A stretch of 64,000 nt of DNA from an uncultured Actinomycetes bacterium (GTDB lineage: Bacteria > Actinomycetota > UBA4738 > HRBIN12). The translations under genes and the position numbers were made by a program. The stretch covers positions 327,451-391,450 of the forward strand of contig CAVPUQ010000006.1 of the NCBI GenBank assembly GCA_963708985.1, read 5' to 3'. Below the pieces are notes generated by a model. That model searched no databases, had not been told where the DNA came from, and saw only the letters and a list, made by a program, of their open reading frames with translations. Positions 10,368-19,614 of the stretch are shown in pieces; the stretch's first letter is position 1; each line of letters opens with the position of its first letter.

Positions 10368-11558
10368 GTGATCGATTCTCCTTCGAACTACCTCGCCGTC
10401 ATCAAGGTTGTGGGGATCGGCGGGGGCGGTGTGAACGCGGTGAACCGCATGATCGAAAGTGGTCTGCGGGGTGTGGAGTTCATCGCCATCAACACCGACG
10501 CGCAGACGTTGCTGATGTCCGACGCCGAGGTGAAGCTCGATATCGGGCGCGAGACCACCCGGGGACTGGGTGCCGGGTCGGACCCCGACGTCGGCCGCCA
10601 CGCGGTGGACGAGCACGCGGACGAGGTGGAGGAGATCCTCAAAGGCGCCGACATGGTCTTCGTCACTGCCGGCGAGGGCGGTGGGACCGGCACGGGGGGC
10701 GCGCCGATCGTGGCCGAGATCGCACGCAACCTAGGCGCGCTCACGATCGGCGTCGTGACCCGACCGTTCGGGTTCGAGGGCCGGAAGCGGGCCACCCAAG
10801 CCGACATGGGGATCAGCGAGCTGAAGAAGGCGGTCGATACCCTGATCGTCGTCCCGAATGATCGACTGCTCCAGGTGTCCGATCCGAGCACGCCGATCAT
10901 GGACGCGTTCCGGATGGCCGACCAGGTCCTGTATCAGGGCGTAGATGGCATCACGTCACTCATCACCACGCCGGGTCTCATCAACCTCGACTTCGCCGAC
11001 GTTCGGTCCGTCATGACGGGGGCCGGGTCGGCGCTGATGGGGATCGGACACGGCTCCGGCGAGGAGCGTGCGGAGGAGGCGGCGAAGAGCGCGATCAGCT
11101 CACCCTTGTTGGAGTCCTCGATCGAGGGTGCACGCGGGGTGCTGCTGTCGATCGCCGGCCCGACCGACCTGACGCTGCACGAAGTGAACAAGGCGGCCGA
11201 CGCCATCACCCGGGTCGCGCACCCCGACGCGAACATCATCTTCGGGGCGGTCGTCGACGACGCCCTCGGCGAGGAGGTTCGGGTCACGGTGATCGCGGCG
11301 GGGTTCGACAAGCTGCTTGCCACGCCGGCCACGTTCGACAGCCGCGTCTCGCGGCTGCTCGAGGAGCCCGAGCCGAGGCCGTCCGCCGAGCCGGTCCCCG
11401 CGGCAGTGGCGTTCGATCGGGACGGGCTCGATGAGATCGCCGCGCCGATGCCGTCGATCCTGGTCGACGACGAGGATGAGATCTTCCACCCGGCTCCCGA
11501 AACGGTGTCGTTCGACGCCGAAGAGGACCTGGACATCCCGGACTTCCTGAAGAGCTGA
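10368..11558 (+). CDS. ftsZ: FtsZ, cell-division GTPase
   Basis: ORF 10368..11558. [17 protein letters not shown], the tubulin signature [15 protein letters not shown], and the conserved C-terminal peptide [10 protein letters not shown]. Confidence 0.98.
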   Translation: MIDSPSNYLAVIKVVGIGGGGVNAVNRMIESGLRGVEFIAINTDAQTLLMSDAEVKLDIGRETTRGLGAGSDPDVGRHAVDEHADEVEEILKGADMVFVTAGEGGGTGTGGAPIVAEIARNLGALTIGVVTRPFGFEGRKRATQADMGISELKKAVDTLIVVPNDRLLQVSDPSTPIMDAFRMADQVLYQGVDGITSLITTPGLINLDFADVRSVMTGAGSALMGIGHGSGEERAEEAAKSAISSPLLESSIEGARGVLLSIAGPTDLTLHEVNKAADAITRVAHPDANIIFGAVVDDALGEEVRVTVIAAGFDKLLATPATFDSRVSRLLEEPEPRPSAEPVPAAVAFDRDGLDEIAAPMPSILVDDEDEIFHPAPETVSFDAEEDLDIPDFLKS

Positions 11559-11605
11559 CCCGATCCGCCCGCGCGGAGGGTCCGTGGGGGCGGGGACGAG
11601 CGGAT

Positions 11606-11630
11606 CAGAGGCGACCTTCCCCCGCCTCTG
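11606..11630 (+). terminator. Hairpin downstream of ftsZ (possible terminator or attenuator, no U-tract)
   Basis: CAGAGGCG (11606-11613), a 9-nt loop, then CGCCTCTG (11623-11630). Lies 48 nt after the ftsZ stop. Confidence 0.25.
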
Positions 11631-11699
11631 GCCGGGTTCCCGCCCCCTTCGCCGTTCCCGGCTCGGCGCGCTCAGGTCGCCCCATCGTCCGCCCCTCCT

Positions 11700-12506
11700 G
11701 TGGGAGCATCCAACGCCATGGCGGGCTTCGAGCGACGCGCGCTGGGTGGCGACATGGTGGCCCTCGTCTCGTCCTCCCTGGAACGTGAGGGGTTCCTCGC
11801 GGCGTTCCTGGAGCGCTCCGGCGGTGCGAGTGCCGAGCCGTACGCGTCGCTGAACGGCTCGTATCAGGTTGGAGACGAGACCGCATCGGTGCAGCGGAAC
11901 CGCCGCCGGGTAGCGTCCGCGTTCGGGTTCGACCGCTTCAGCGTCCCGGGCCTCGTGCACGGCACCTCGATCCTGACGGTCGGTGCCGCGCGCGCGGACG
12001 ATGGCTTCTTCCGCCCAGCCGACCTGCTCGCCGACGCCGATGGCACGACGACGAGATCGCGCGGCATCGGGCTCGGTGCCTTCAGCGCGGACTGCGTGAT
12101 CGCGATCTTCGGTGAGCCGCGCGAAGGCAGGCTGGCCCTGGTGCACGCGGGGTGGCGGGGTCTGGCCTCGGGCGTGCTGCGCAGGGGCGCCGAGCTGTTC
12201 GCCGAGCGCGAGGAGGTTCGCGTCGCGCTCGGCCCGGCGATCGGTCCCTGTCACTACGAGGTCGGGGAGGACGTCGCGCTCGCCGTCGCCGCGGGCTCCA
12301 TGGCGGGTGCTGTCACCGAGCGCCGGGGCGGCCGTTGGTACCTGGACCTGGTCGCAACCTCGCGCGCGATCCTGCTGGCCGAGGGCATCCACCGGGTCGA
12401 GGACACGGGGTTGTGCACCGCCTGCGAGACCGAGCGGCTCTTCTCCTTCCGGCGCGACGGTACGACCGGGCGGCATCTCGCGCTGGCGGCGCTCATCGCG
12501 GAGTGA
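11700..12506 (+). CDS. pgeF: PgeF/YfiH (DUF152) laccase-domain purine nucleoside phosphorylase family protein
   Basis: ORF 11700..12506 (ATG 11718 is an alternative start). Motifs SLNGSYQVGDETASVQRNR, ADCVIAIF, HAGWRG, CTAC. Conserved position after ftsZ. Confidence 0.82.
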   Translation: MGASNAMAGFERRALGGDMVALVSSSLEREGFLAAFLERSGGASAEPYASLNGSYQVGDETASVQRNRRRVASAFGFDRFSVPGLVHGTSILTVGAARADDGFFRPADLLADADGTTTRSRGIGLGAFSADCVIAIFGEPREGRLALVHAGWRGLASGVLRRGAELFAEREEVRVALGPAIGPCHYEVGEDVALAVAAGSMAGAVTERRGGRWYLDLVATSRAILLAEGIHRVEDTGLCTACETERLFSFRRDGTTGRHLALAALIAE

Positions 12507-12560
12507 CGTTGGTGTTGCGTCTGTCAACGAGACAACGCTATTGTATGGTTCTGTCATCTG

Positions 12561-13253
12561 ATGAGCGACCGCTCGCACGAGACCGTGCTCCAGAACCTCA
12601 CCCGCATCCGGAGCGGTATCCGGTCCGCCTGCGACCGGGCGGGACGAGATCCTCAGGCGGTCCGGATCGTGGCGGCGGGGAAGACGGTTGAGCCCGAGGC
12701 GCTCGCGTGGGTGCTGGAAGCCGGGGTGCGCGACCTCGGCGAGAACTACGTCCAAGAGCTGCGCGCGAAGCGCCGGGTGGTCTTGGGCGCCACATGGCAC
12801 TTCATCGGGACCTTGCAGCGCCACGCCGCACATCACGTCGCGGAGCTGGCCGACATCGTCGAGACCGCGGTGCCGGGCCGAGCGCTCGAGCGGGTCGCGC
12901 GTCGTGCGGCCGAGGCCGGCCGCGCCCTCCCCTCGCTCGTCGAGGTCGACTTCACGCGGGAACGCTCGGGCGTGGCCCCCGAGGAGGTCCTCGACGCGTG
13001 CGACACGGTCGCGGCGATGCCCGGGCTCGAGCTCGCCGGACTGATGACGCTTCCTCCGCTCACGCCCGACGCCGAGGGCGCACGTCCGTATTTCACGCGG
13101 CTCCGAGAGCTGCTCGGGACCGTCCGAGACCGGCATCCGGAGGCCGCTGAACTTTCGATGGGAATGTCGCTGGACTACCAGGTTGCGGTGGAGGAAGGCG
13201 CTACGATGGTCCGCATCGGTACGGCCCTGTTCGGCGAGCGGCCGCCGAGGTGA
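12561..13253 (+). CDS. yggS: YggS/YlmE-family PLP-binding homeostasis protein
   Basis: ORF 12561..13253. Alanine-racemase-N-fold family pattern (VRIVAAGKT, GENYVQEL, WHFIGTLQ, LSMGMSLDY, VRIGTALFG). Confidence 0.87.
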   Translation: MSDRSHETVLQNLTRIRSGIRSACDRAGRDPQAVRIVAAGKTVEPEALAWVLEAGVRDLGENYVQELRAKRRVVLGATWHFIGTLQRHAAHHVAELADIVETAVPGRALERVARRAAEAGRALPSLVEVDFTRERSGVAPEEVLDACDTVAAMPGLELAGLMTLPPLTPDAEGARPYFTRLRELLGTVRDRHPEAAELSMGMSLDYQVAVEEGATMVRIGTALFGERPPR

Positions 13254-13267
13254 CAAGGGGAGGAGCG

Positions 13268-13744
13268 ATGCCAGGCGTGTGGAAGAAGACGCTGACCTAT
13301 CTCGGGCTCGTGGAGGACGAGGAGTACGACGAGCTCGACGAGGTCGCGGCGCAGCCTCGGCAGGCCGAGGTGCGGAGCATCCAGCGCCCGCAGCCGGTTC
13401 GAGAGGTGATCGCCGACGAGCACGAGGGCATCGTGCGAACGATCCCCTCCGCGCGCCCTTCGACGGCTTCCTCGATCCACAAGTCCGAGCCGAGGCGCTT
13501 CAACGAGGCGCGCGAGATCGCCGACCGCTTCAAGGACGGCATCCCGGTCATCATGAACCTGCAGAGCACCGACGATACGATCGCCCGACGCCTCGTGGAC
13601 TTCGCCTCAGGGCTCGTCTACGGGCTCGACGGCAAGATCGAGATGGTCGCGAACCGTGTGTATCTGCTCACGCCCGCGAACATGGAGGTCTCGGCCGAGG
13701 ATCGCGAACGGATCGCCGGAGGCGGCATCTACAACCAATTCTGA
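13268..13744 (+). CDS. sepF: SepF, FtsZ-interacting cell-division protein
   Basis: ATG 13268 is preceded by GGGGAGGAG. MPGVWKKTLTYLGLVEDEE N-terminus. C-terminal SepF domain (EAREIADRFKDGIPVIMNL...GKIEMVANRVYLLTP). Confidence 0.87.
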   Translation: MPGVWKKTLTYLGLVEDEEYDELDEVAAQPRQAEVRSIQRPQPVREVIADEHEGIVRTIPSARPSTASSIHKSEPRRFNEAREIADRFKDGIPVIMNLQSTDDTIARRLVDFASGLVYGLDGKIEMVANRVYLLTPANMEVSAEDRERIAGGGIYNQF

Positions 13745-13772
13745 GGCACTCGAGCGCCCGGCCCCCCTATCG

Positions 13773-14066
13773 ATGATCGCCGCCGAGAACGCCGTCGTCA
13801 GCATCCTGTGCGTCGTCATCACGGCCTACACGCTCATCCTGTTCGTGAAGGTGCTCGCGTCGTGGGCGACGCTCTTCGGGTTCCGGCCACCCGTCTCCGG
13901 TCCGCTCCGGTGGTTCCTCGACCTCCTCGACGATGTGACCGAGCCGGTCCTTCGCCCGCTGCGGACGATCATCCCGCCGGTCCGCGCCGGGGGTGTCGGG
14001 CTCGACATCTCGATCATCGTCGCGTTCGTTATCCTTGCGGTCCTGCGTATCGCTCTGAACTGTTAG
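13773..14066 (+). CDS. yggT: YggT/YlmG-family small membrane protein
   Basis: ATG 13773 within ORF 13656..14066. 97 aa, two hydrophobic segments, with the YggT-like motif LRPLRTIIPPVRAGGVGLDISIIVAFVIL. Conserved position after sepF. Confidence 0.75.
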   Translation: MIAAENAVVSILCVVITAYTLILFVKVLASWATLFGFRPPVSGPLRWFLDLLDDVTEPVLRPLRTIIPPVRAGGVGLDISIIVAFVILAVLRIALNC

Positions 14067-14093
14067 CGCGCCGGGACGGTAGGGGGGAAGGTC

Positions 14094-14759
14094 ATGCGGA
14101 GGAAGAAGGCGGAGGGGACGAGCGTGTCCGACCCCAAAGGGCGGGTCACGCCCGTGGATGTGCAGCAGGTGGAGTTCCGCCTCGCGTTCCGCGGGTACAA
14201 CGAGCGTGACGTCGACGCCTTCCTCGACCGGGTTACCGAGGATCTCGCCGCGTACATGGAGGACAACCAGCGCCTGCGAGCCGGCCAGCCGGCCCTCGGG
14301 GCGGAGCCCGCGATGGAGGTGGGCACGGCGCGCTCCGAGGCCGAGCGCATCGTCGCGGAGGCGCGCGAGGAGGCCGAGAGGATCGTCCGCGATGCCAAGG
14401 CACGCGCGGCCCTCGCCGGCGCTCCGGCAGGCGACTCGCGCGCAGCGGTCGCGCCCTTCCTCAACACGGAGCGGGAGTTCCTCCAGAGCCTCGGTTCGCT
14501 CGTGCAGAGCCACGCCGAGGAGGTCAAGCAGATGGTCTTCGCCCTGCGTGCGAGGGCCGAAGCTGGCGCGGCGCCGTCGCCGGTCGCCCCGGCGACCACG
14601 GATGACGCCTTCGCGCCGATCAGCGTGCCCGCTGCGGAGGAGGGGACGGGAGGCGCGACCGACGAGGATGACAAGGTGGTCCCCGAGCCGGCGCCTGCGC
14701 AGCTCCGCAGGGACTCCGGTGAGCACTCCCTCCGGGAGCTCTTCTGGGGCGAGGACTGA
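14094..14759 (+). CDS. divIVA: DivIVA-domain protein (Wag31-like)
   Basis: ORF 14094..14759. N-terminal DivIVA motif VTPVDVQQVEFRLAFRGYNERDVDAFLDRV, followed by coiled-coil-like and Ala-rich regions. Confidence 0.87.
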   Translation: MRRKKAEGTSVSDPKGRVTPVDVQQVEFRLAFRGYNERDVDAFLDRVTEDLAAYMEDNQRLRAGQPALGAEPAMEVGTARSEAERIVAEAREEAERIVRDAKARAALAGAPAGDSRAAVAPFLNTEREFLQSLGSLVQSHAEEVKQMVFALRARAEAGAAPSPVAPATTDDAFAPISVPAAEEGTGGATDEDDKVVPEPAPAQLRRDSGEHSLRELFWGED

Positions 14760-14941
14760 GCCCGCAGGCTCCCTCGGACCGTCGCCCCGCGCTCCTGTTC
14801 GCCGTCGCGTTCGTGCTCGTCCTGGCGTCCGCCGCGACGCTGCTGCTCGGCATCGCGGCGGACGAAGGGGAGGCGATCGCGCTCTCGCTCGGGGCGGCGA
14901 CGGCCGCGCTCATCCTGCTGTGGGTGGGCGTCGCGAGGAGC

Positions 14942-17900
14942 TCAGACCCGTCGCAGGGTGATCGTCACCGCTGACCTCTCGATCTCGGCGTCCTGGCGAT
15001 AGGCCGCATCAAGGATGACGCTCGGCAGCAGCTCCGCCGCGAGGGTCTCGAAGGCGACGTGATCCCCATGGGCCGCCAGGGCCTCGGCGAGATCGCCGGA
15101 GGTCTCGACGCCGAGCACGATCCGGTCGCTGACCTCGAGTCCCGCCGCCTTCCGAGCATCCTGCACCAGGCGAACCAGCTCACGCGCCAACCCCTCTCGC
15201 CGTAGCTCCGGGGTGAGCTCGAGCTCGAGCGCGACCGTGATGCCGCTCTCGGCCGCGACGCCCCATCCCTCGAGGGTCTCCTGCGTCAGGTCCACATCGC
15301 CCGGTCCGAGCTCGATCGTCACCCACGGACACGGGCTCACCGCGAGCGAGCGCCGCCGCGAGCGAGCCGTCGTCCACGGCGAGCGCCGCCGCGACCGCCT
15401 GGACGCCGGCGCCGAGGCGGGGGCCGAGCGCACGGAAGTTCGGCCTCGCGCGCCAGCGGCCGAACGCCTCGGCCGACTCGGCGAAGCGGACATCCTTCAC
15501 GTTCAGCTCCTCGGCGACGAGCGGCAGGAGCGAGCGTAGGGCCTCGCGATCTGCGGGCAGATGAACCACGGCCTCGAGCAGCGGTTGTCGCACGCGCATC
15601 TTGGTCTCGGTCCGGATCCGCCGTCCGAGCTCCACGATCTGCCGGGCGGCCTCCATCGCCGAATCGAGCGTCCGCGTCGAGTCGCGCGGGGTCGCCGTAC
15701 GGGTAGTCGGTGAGGTGCACGGAGTCGGCCCGACCGTCTCGCCCGGCGGCGAGGTTGCGCCACAGCTCCTCCGCCAGGAACGGCGTGAACGGCGCGAGGA
15801 GCTGGGCGAGCGTCGTGAGGCACTCGTGGAGCGTGAGGAACGCGGCCCGAGTGTCGGCGCCGCCGGCACCCCCCGGGTCCCAGAACGCGGCGGCGAGCCC
15901 GGCGTACGTACCAGTTGGAGAGGTCGTCGACGAAGCGCGCGACCCGGCGACCCGCGCCGGTTGCGTCGTACGCGTCGAGCCGCTCGCGCGCTTCACGTGC
16001 GGCGGCGGACAGTTGCGAGAGGACCCACCGGTCGAGCGCAGGGCGCTCGGCGACGGGGACGTCCTCGGCCTGCACAGGGTCGAAGCCGCTCGCGTTCGCG
16101 TAGGTGACGAAGAACGCGTACACGTTCCAGAGCGTCAACAGGAACTGGCGGACGACCTCGTCGAGGATCTCCATCCCGACACGACGGGACGCCCAGGGTG
16201 AGCCGGTGGTGACCAGGTACCAGCGCAGCGCGTCGGCGCCTTGGCGGTCCAGGACGTCCCAGGGGTCGATCACGTTGCCGAGGCTCTTGCTCATCTTGCG
16301 GCCGTCGGTGTCGACGATGTGGCCCAGGCACACCACGTTCCGATAGGTCGTCGAGTCGAAGTGCAGGACGCCCTCGGCCATCAGCGTGTAGAACCAGCCC
16401 CGCGTCTGGTCGATCGCCTCGGAGATGAAGTCGGCAGGGAAGCGCTCGGCGAACCGCTCGATCCCACGACCGAGGTCGGGATGGTAGTCCCACTGGGCGA
16501 AGGGCATCGCGCCGGAGTCGTACCAGGTGTCGATCACCTCGGGGACGCGGTATGCCTCGCCGCCGCACTCCCCACAGGCGAGCGCGACCTCGTCGATCGC
16601 GGGTCGGTGCGGGTCGATGCCGGTGACGTCCCGTCCCGCACGCTCGGAGAGCTCGGCGAGGGAGCCGATCGCGGTCGCGTGCCCCTCGTCGCAGCGCCAG
16701 ATCGGGAGCGGCGTCCCCCAGTAGCGCTCGCGCGAGAGAGCCCAGTCCACGTTGTTCTCGAGCCAGTCGCCGTAGCGACCGTGCTTGATGTGCTCGGGGT
16801 ACCAGTTGACCGAGTCGTTCACCTCGAGGAGGCGCTCGCGCACCTGCGTCGTGCCGACGTACCAGGACGTGCGCGCGTAGTAGATGAGCGGCGTGCTGCA
16901 CCGCCAGCACAGCGGGTACATGTGCACGAGCTTCTCTGCGCGCAGGAGCAAGCCGCGCTCGCGGAGGTCGTCGGTGATCGGCGGATCGGCGTCCTTGAAG
17001 AACCGGCCGCGCACGAACGGCGGGGCCTCGTCGGTGAACCGGCCCTCGCCGTCCACGGGCTTGAACATCGGCCAGCCCTCGCGGCGACCGACCTCGAGGT
17101 CCTCGGCACCGAACGCCGGCGCCATGTGCACGACGCCGGTGCCGTCCTCGAGCGATACGAAGTCGGCGGCGACCACGCGATGCGCGCCCTCGACGTTGCG
17201 GTACAGCGGCTCGTACCGGGCGCCGACGAGGTCGCGCCCGGCGATCGAGCGCACCTCGGTCGAGCCCGGCAGCACCCGCTCGCGGAGCGCGGCGGCCAGG
17301 ATGAGCCGGTCGCCCTCGTGGTCAACCTCTACGTAGGTGGCGTCCCCGGCGACGGCGACGCCCGTGTTCGAGATGAGCGTCCACGGCGTGGTCGTCCAGC
17401 CGAGGAGCGAGGCGCCGACGGACGTCGGGTCGTCGGCTTCGAGGATGCGGAACAGGACGAAGACGCTCGGATCCTCGACTTCCGTGTAGCCCATCGCGGT
17501 CTCGGCGTCCGAGAGCGCCGTGCCGCAGCGCGGACAGTACGTCGTCACCTTGTCGGCCTCGAACAGCAGGCCGCGCTCGTGCAGGCGCTTCAGCGACCAC
17601 CAGACGCTCTCGATGTACCCGGTGTCCATCGTCCAGTACGCGTCGTCGGTGTCGATCCAGAAGCCCAGCCGTTCGGTGACCTTCTCCCACTCGTCGACGT
17701 AGCGGCTCACGGACTCGCGGCACCGGCGGTTGAACTCGGCGATGCCGAAGGCCTCGATGTCGCGCTTGGTCTTCGTGCCGATCTCCTTCTCGACCTCGAG
17801 CTCGACCGGCAGGCCGTGGCAGTCCCAGCCAGCCTTCCGGGGGACGTAGTGCCCCGTCATCGCGCGGAAGCGCGGGTAGATGTCCTTGAACGTGCGCGAC

Positions 17901-18085
17901 TCGGTGTGGTGGATGCCCGGCCGGCCGTTCGCGGTCGGCGGACCCTCGTAGAAGACCCACAGGGGCCGTCCGCGCCGCTCCTCGAGCTGGCGATGGAACA
18001 CGTCGGCCTCTCGCCAGAACGCGAGGATCCGCTGCTCGAGCTCGGGGAAGCGCACCTTCGGGTCGACCGGCTCGAACCGCTGCAT
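14942..18085 (-). pseudogene. ileS: IleS, isoleucyl-tRNA synthetase; three +1 frame shifts as read in the last third
   Basis: ATG at 18085 (residue 49 of ORF 15503..18229). HIGH-type PTANGRPGIHH and KMSKS present. The C-terminal part continues through ORFs 15337..15996, 15180..15869 and 14942..15493. Joins: ~15886 (RRR|FWDPGG), ~15675 (ARLD|LDSAMEAARQIV) and ~15324 (EPVSV|VTIELGPGD). Total length is about 1047 codons. Confidence 0.94.
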
Positions 18086-18390
18086 CGCGACCTCCTCCTC
18101 GCGCCGTTCCCGAGCTCGAGCCCGGGAACGGAAACGCCCCGTCCCCTCGGGGACGAGGCGCCTGCCCCGCGGTACCACCCCGCTTGCCCGGAGCCTCTCG
18201 GCTCCGGGCCGCTCGCCGGCCGCGATCACGGCCTCCCGCGATCACGGGCGGACCCGTCCGTGCCTACTGGGGTGCGTGGCGCGCACCCGGTTCGGGCGGA
18301 GGCTCGGGGAGGATGTTCGCGAGGGGCCTACCGCCGGGCTTCCACCATCCCCGACTCGCTCCGGGAGGGGACCCTCGCTACTCGTTCCCG
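18086..18390 (-). promoter_or_regulatory. T-box riboswitch leader of ileS
   Basis: The reverse strand reads ...AAGCGGGGTGGTACCGCGG... (about 18184->18167), the canonical T-box GGGUGGUACCGCG core. A perfect 10-bp hairpin GCCCGGAGCC-GAGA-GGCTCCGGGC lies immediately 5' of it. AUC triplets lie upstream. A CCTCG stretch after the T-box is complementary to the GAGGAGGAGG Shine-Dalgarno, which sits 5 nt before the ileS ATG. The 5' boundary is approximate. Confidence 0.8.
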
Positions 18391-18409
18391 TCGTCGCCTG
18401 TGACGCGTC

Positions 18410-18685
18410 ATGCTACACGTCGGGATGGGCACGGTCACGGTACGGGTGGTGCCGCGCTCCGGCCGCACGGCCGTGGAGGGCGGCCCCGGGGAGATCCTCG
18501 TGCGCGTTCGGGCCGGCCCCCAGGGCGGGAAGGCGACCGACGAAGCCCGCCGCGCGATCGCGTCGGCGCTCGACGTCGCGCCTTCGAGGGTCCGGCTGCT
18601 CAGAGGGCGAACGTCCCGGACCAAGGTGTTCGAGATCGAGGGGGTCAGCGCCGATGACCTGCGGGTTCGCCTCGGAGCAACCTGA
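18410..18685 (+). CDS. DUF167 (YggU/UPF0235) family protein
   Basis: ORF 18410..18685. VRVVPRSGRTAVEG...ILVRVRAGPQGGKATDEARRAIASALDVAPSRVRLLRGRTSRTKVFEIEG matches the DUF167 pattern. Confidence 0.75.
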   Translation: MLHVGMGTVTVRVVPRSGRTAVEGGPGEILVRVRAGPQGGKATDEARRAIASALDVAPSRVRLLRGRTSRTKVFEIEGVSADDLRVRLGAT

Positions 18686-18732
18686 GCAGCGTCGTTGTCG
18701 GGCCCTGCCCGGGGTGCTACCGTCCCTCGGCC

Positions 18733-19120
18733 ATGGCCGGGAAGAGCGCGTACACGAAGAAGGAGCTGGACGACCTCCGCACAGCGGCTCCTCGTGGAGC
18801 GGGCGGAGCTCGAGACGCAGCTCACGACCATCGAGGAGACGTCGTTCGCGACCTCCCAGTCGGATCTGTCCGGCGAGGTGTCCTTCGACGAGGAGAACGC
18901 CGACGCCGGTACCTTCACCTTCGAACGCGAGCGCGACCTGTCCATCGAGAACAACGTCCGGGACCTCATGGGCAAGATCGATCGGGCGCTCTCGCGGATG
19001 GACGAGGGTTCGTACGGCGTCTGCTCGCGCTGTGGCAAGCCGATCGAGAAGACCCGCCTGAAGGCCCTCCCGTACGTCGACCTCTGCATCAAGGACGCGC
19101 AGGCTCAGGCCCGCCGGTAG
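18733..19120 (+). pseudogene. DksA/TraR-family zinc-finger protein; one +1 shift as read (~18781)
   Basis: The N-terminus MAGKSAYTKKELDDLR is in the frame of ORF 18733. It continues QRLLVERAELETQL...YGVCSRCGKPIEKTRLKALPYVDLCIKD in the frame of ORF 18695..19120. The join is at ctccgc-a-cagcgg. Confidence 0.72.
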
Positions 19121-19130
19121 CGAGGCGGCA

Positions 19131-19614
19131 GTGAAGCGCCCGGCCCGGCTCGCCGGCCTCCTGTACGGGACGGCGGTCGTCGCGTACGCCTCGACCGCCT
19201 CACGAAGCTCTGGGCCGAGGGCACGCTGTCCGGCCGCCCCCCGATCGAGGTCCTCCCGGGGTGCTTCACCTCACGTACACGACGAACTCCGGCGGCGCGT
19301 TCGGCTTCGGGCAGAGCGCACCGTGGCTCTTCGCGGACGCCACCATCCTGGTCGCCGGCATCATCGTCGTCGTCTCGACACGCCTCGAGCACCCGGTCGC
19401 GGCCGTCGCGCTCGGGCTCGTGCTCGGCGGCTCCCTCGGCAACCTCACCGACCGAGCTCTCAACGGATCAGGCCTCGCGGGCCGCGTCACGGACTTCATC
19501 GACCTCCGGGTCTGGCCGGTGTTCAACGTCGCCGACACGGGGATCGTGGTGGGCGCCGTCCTGCTCGCGCTGTCGAGCTTCCGCCGGGAGGAGAGAGGAG
19601 GGACCGTGACGTGA
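19131..19614 (+). pseudogene. lspA: LspA, lipoprotein signal peptidase II; two shifts as read (~19190, ~19259)
   Basis: GTG 19131 gives VKRPARLAGLLYGTAVVAYA (frame 3). LDRLTKLWAEGTLSGRPPIEVLPG is in frame 2. VLHLTYTTNSGGAFGF...NLTDR...FIDLRVWPVFNVADTGIVVGAVLL is in frame 1 (ORF 19261..19614). The second join is a G-run at 19258-19261. Confidence 0.82.

Noticed and set aside
11100-13256. A 718-aa reverse ORF lies antisense to the ftsZ tail, pgeF and yggS.
   Set aside because: It has no recognisable domains, an Arg/Gly/Asp-rich composition, and it overlaps three well-supported forward genes.
16241-18403. A 720-aa forward ORF lies antisense to ileS.
   Set aside because: It sits opposite a gene with unmistakable class-I synthetase motifs, and its composition is a typical GC-frame artefact.
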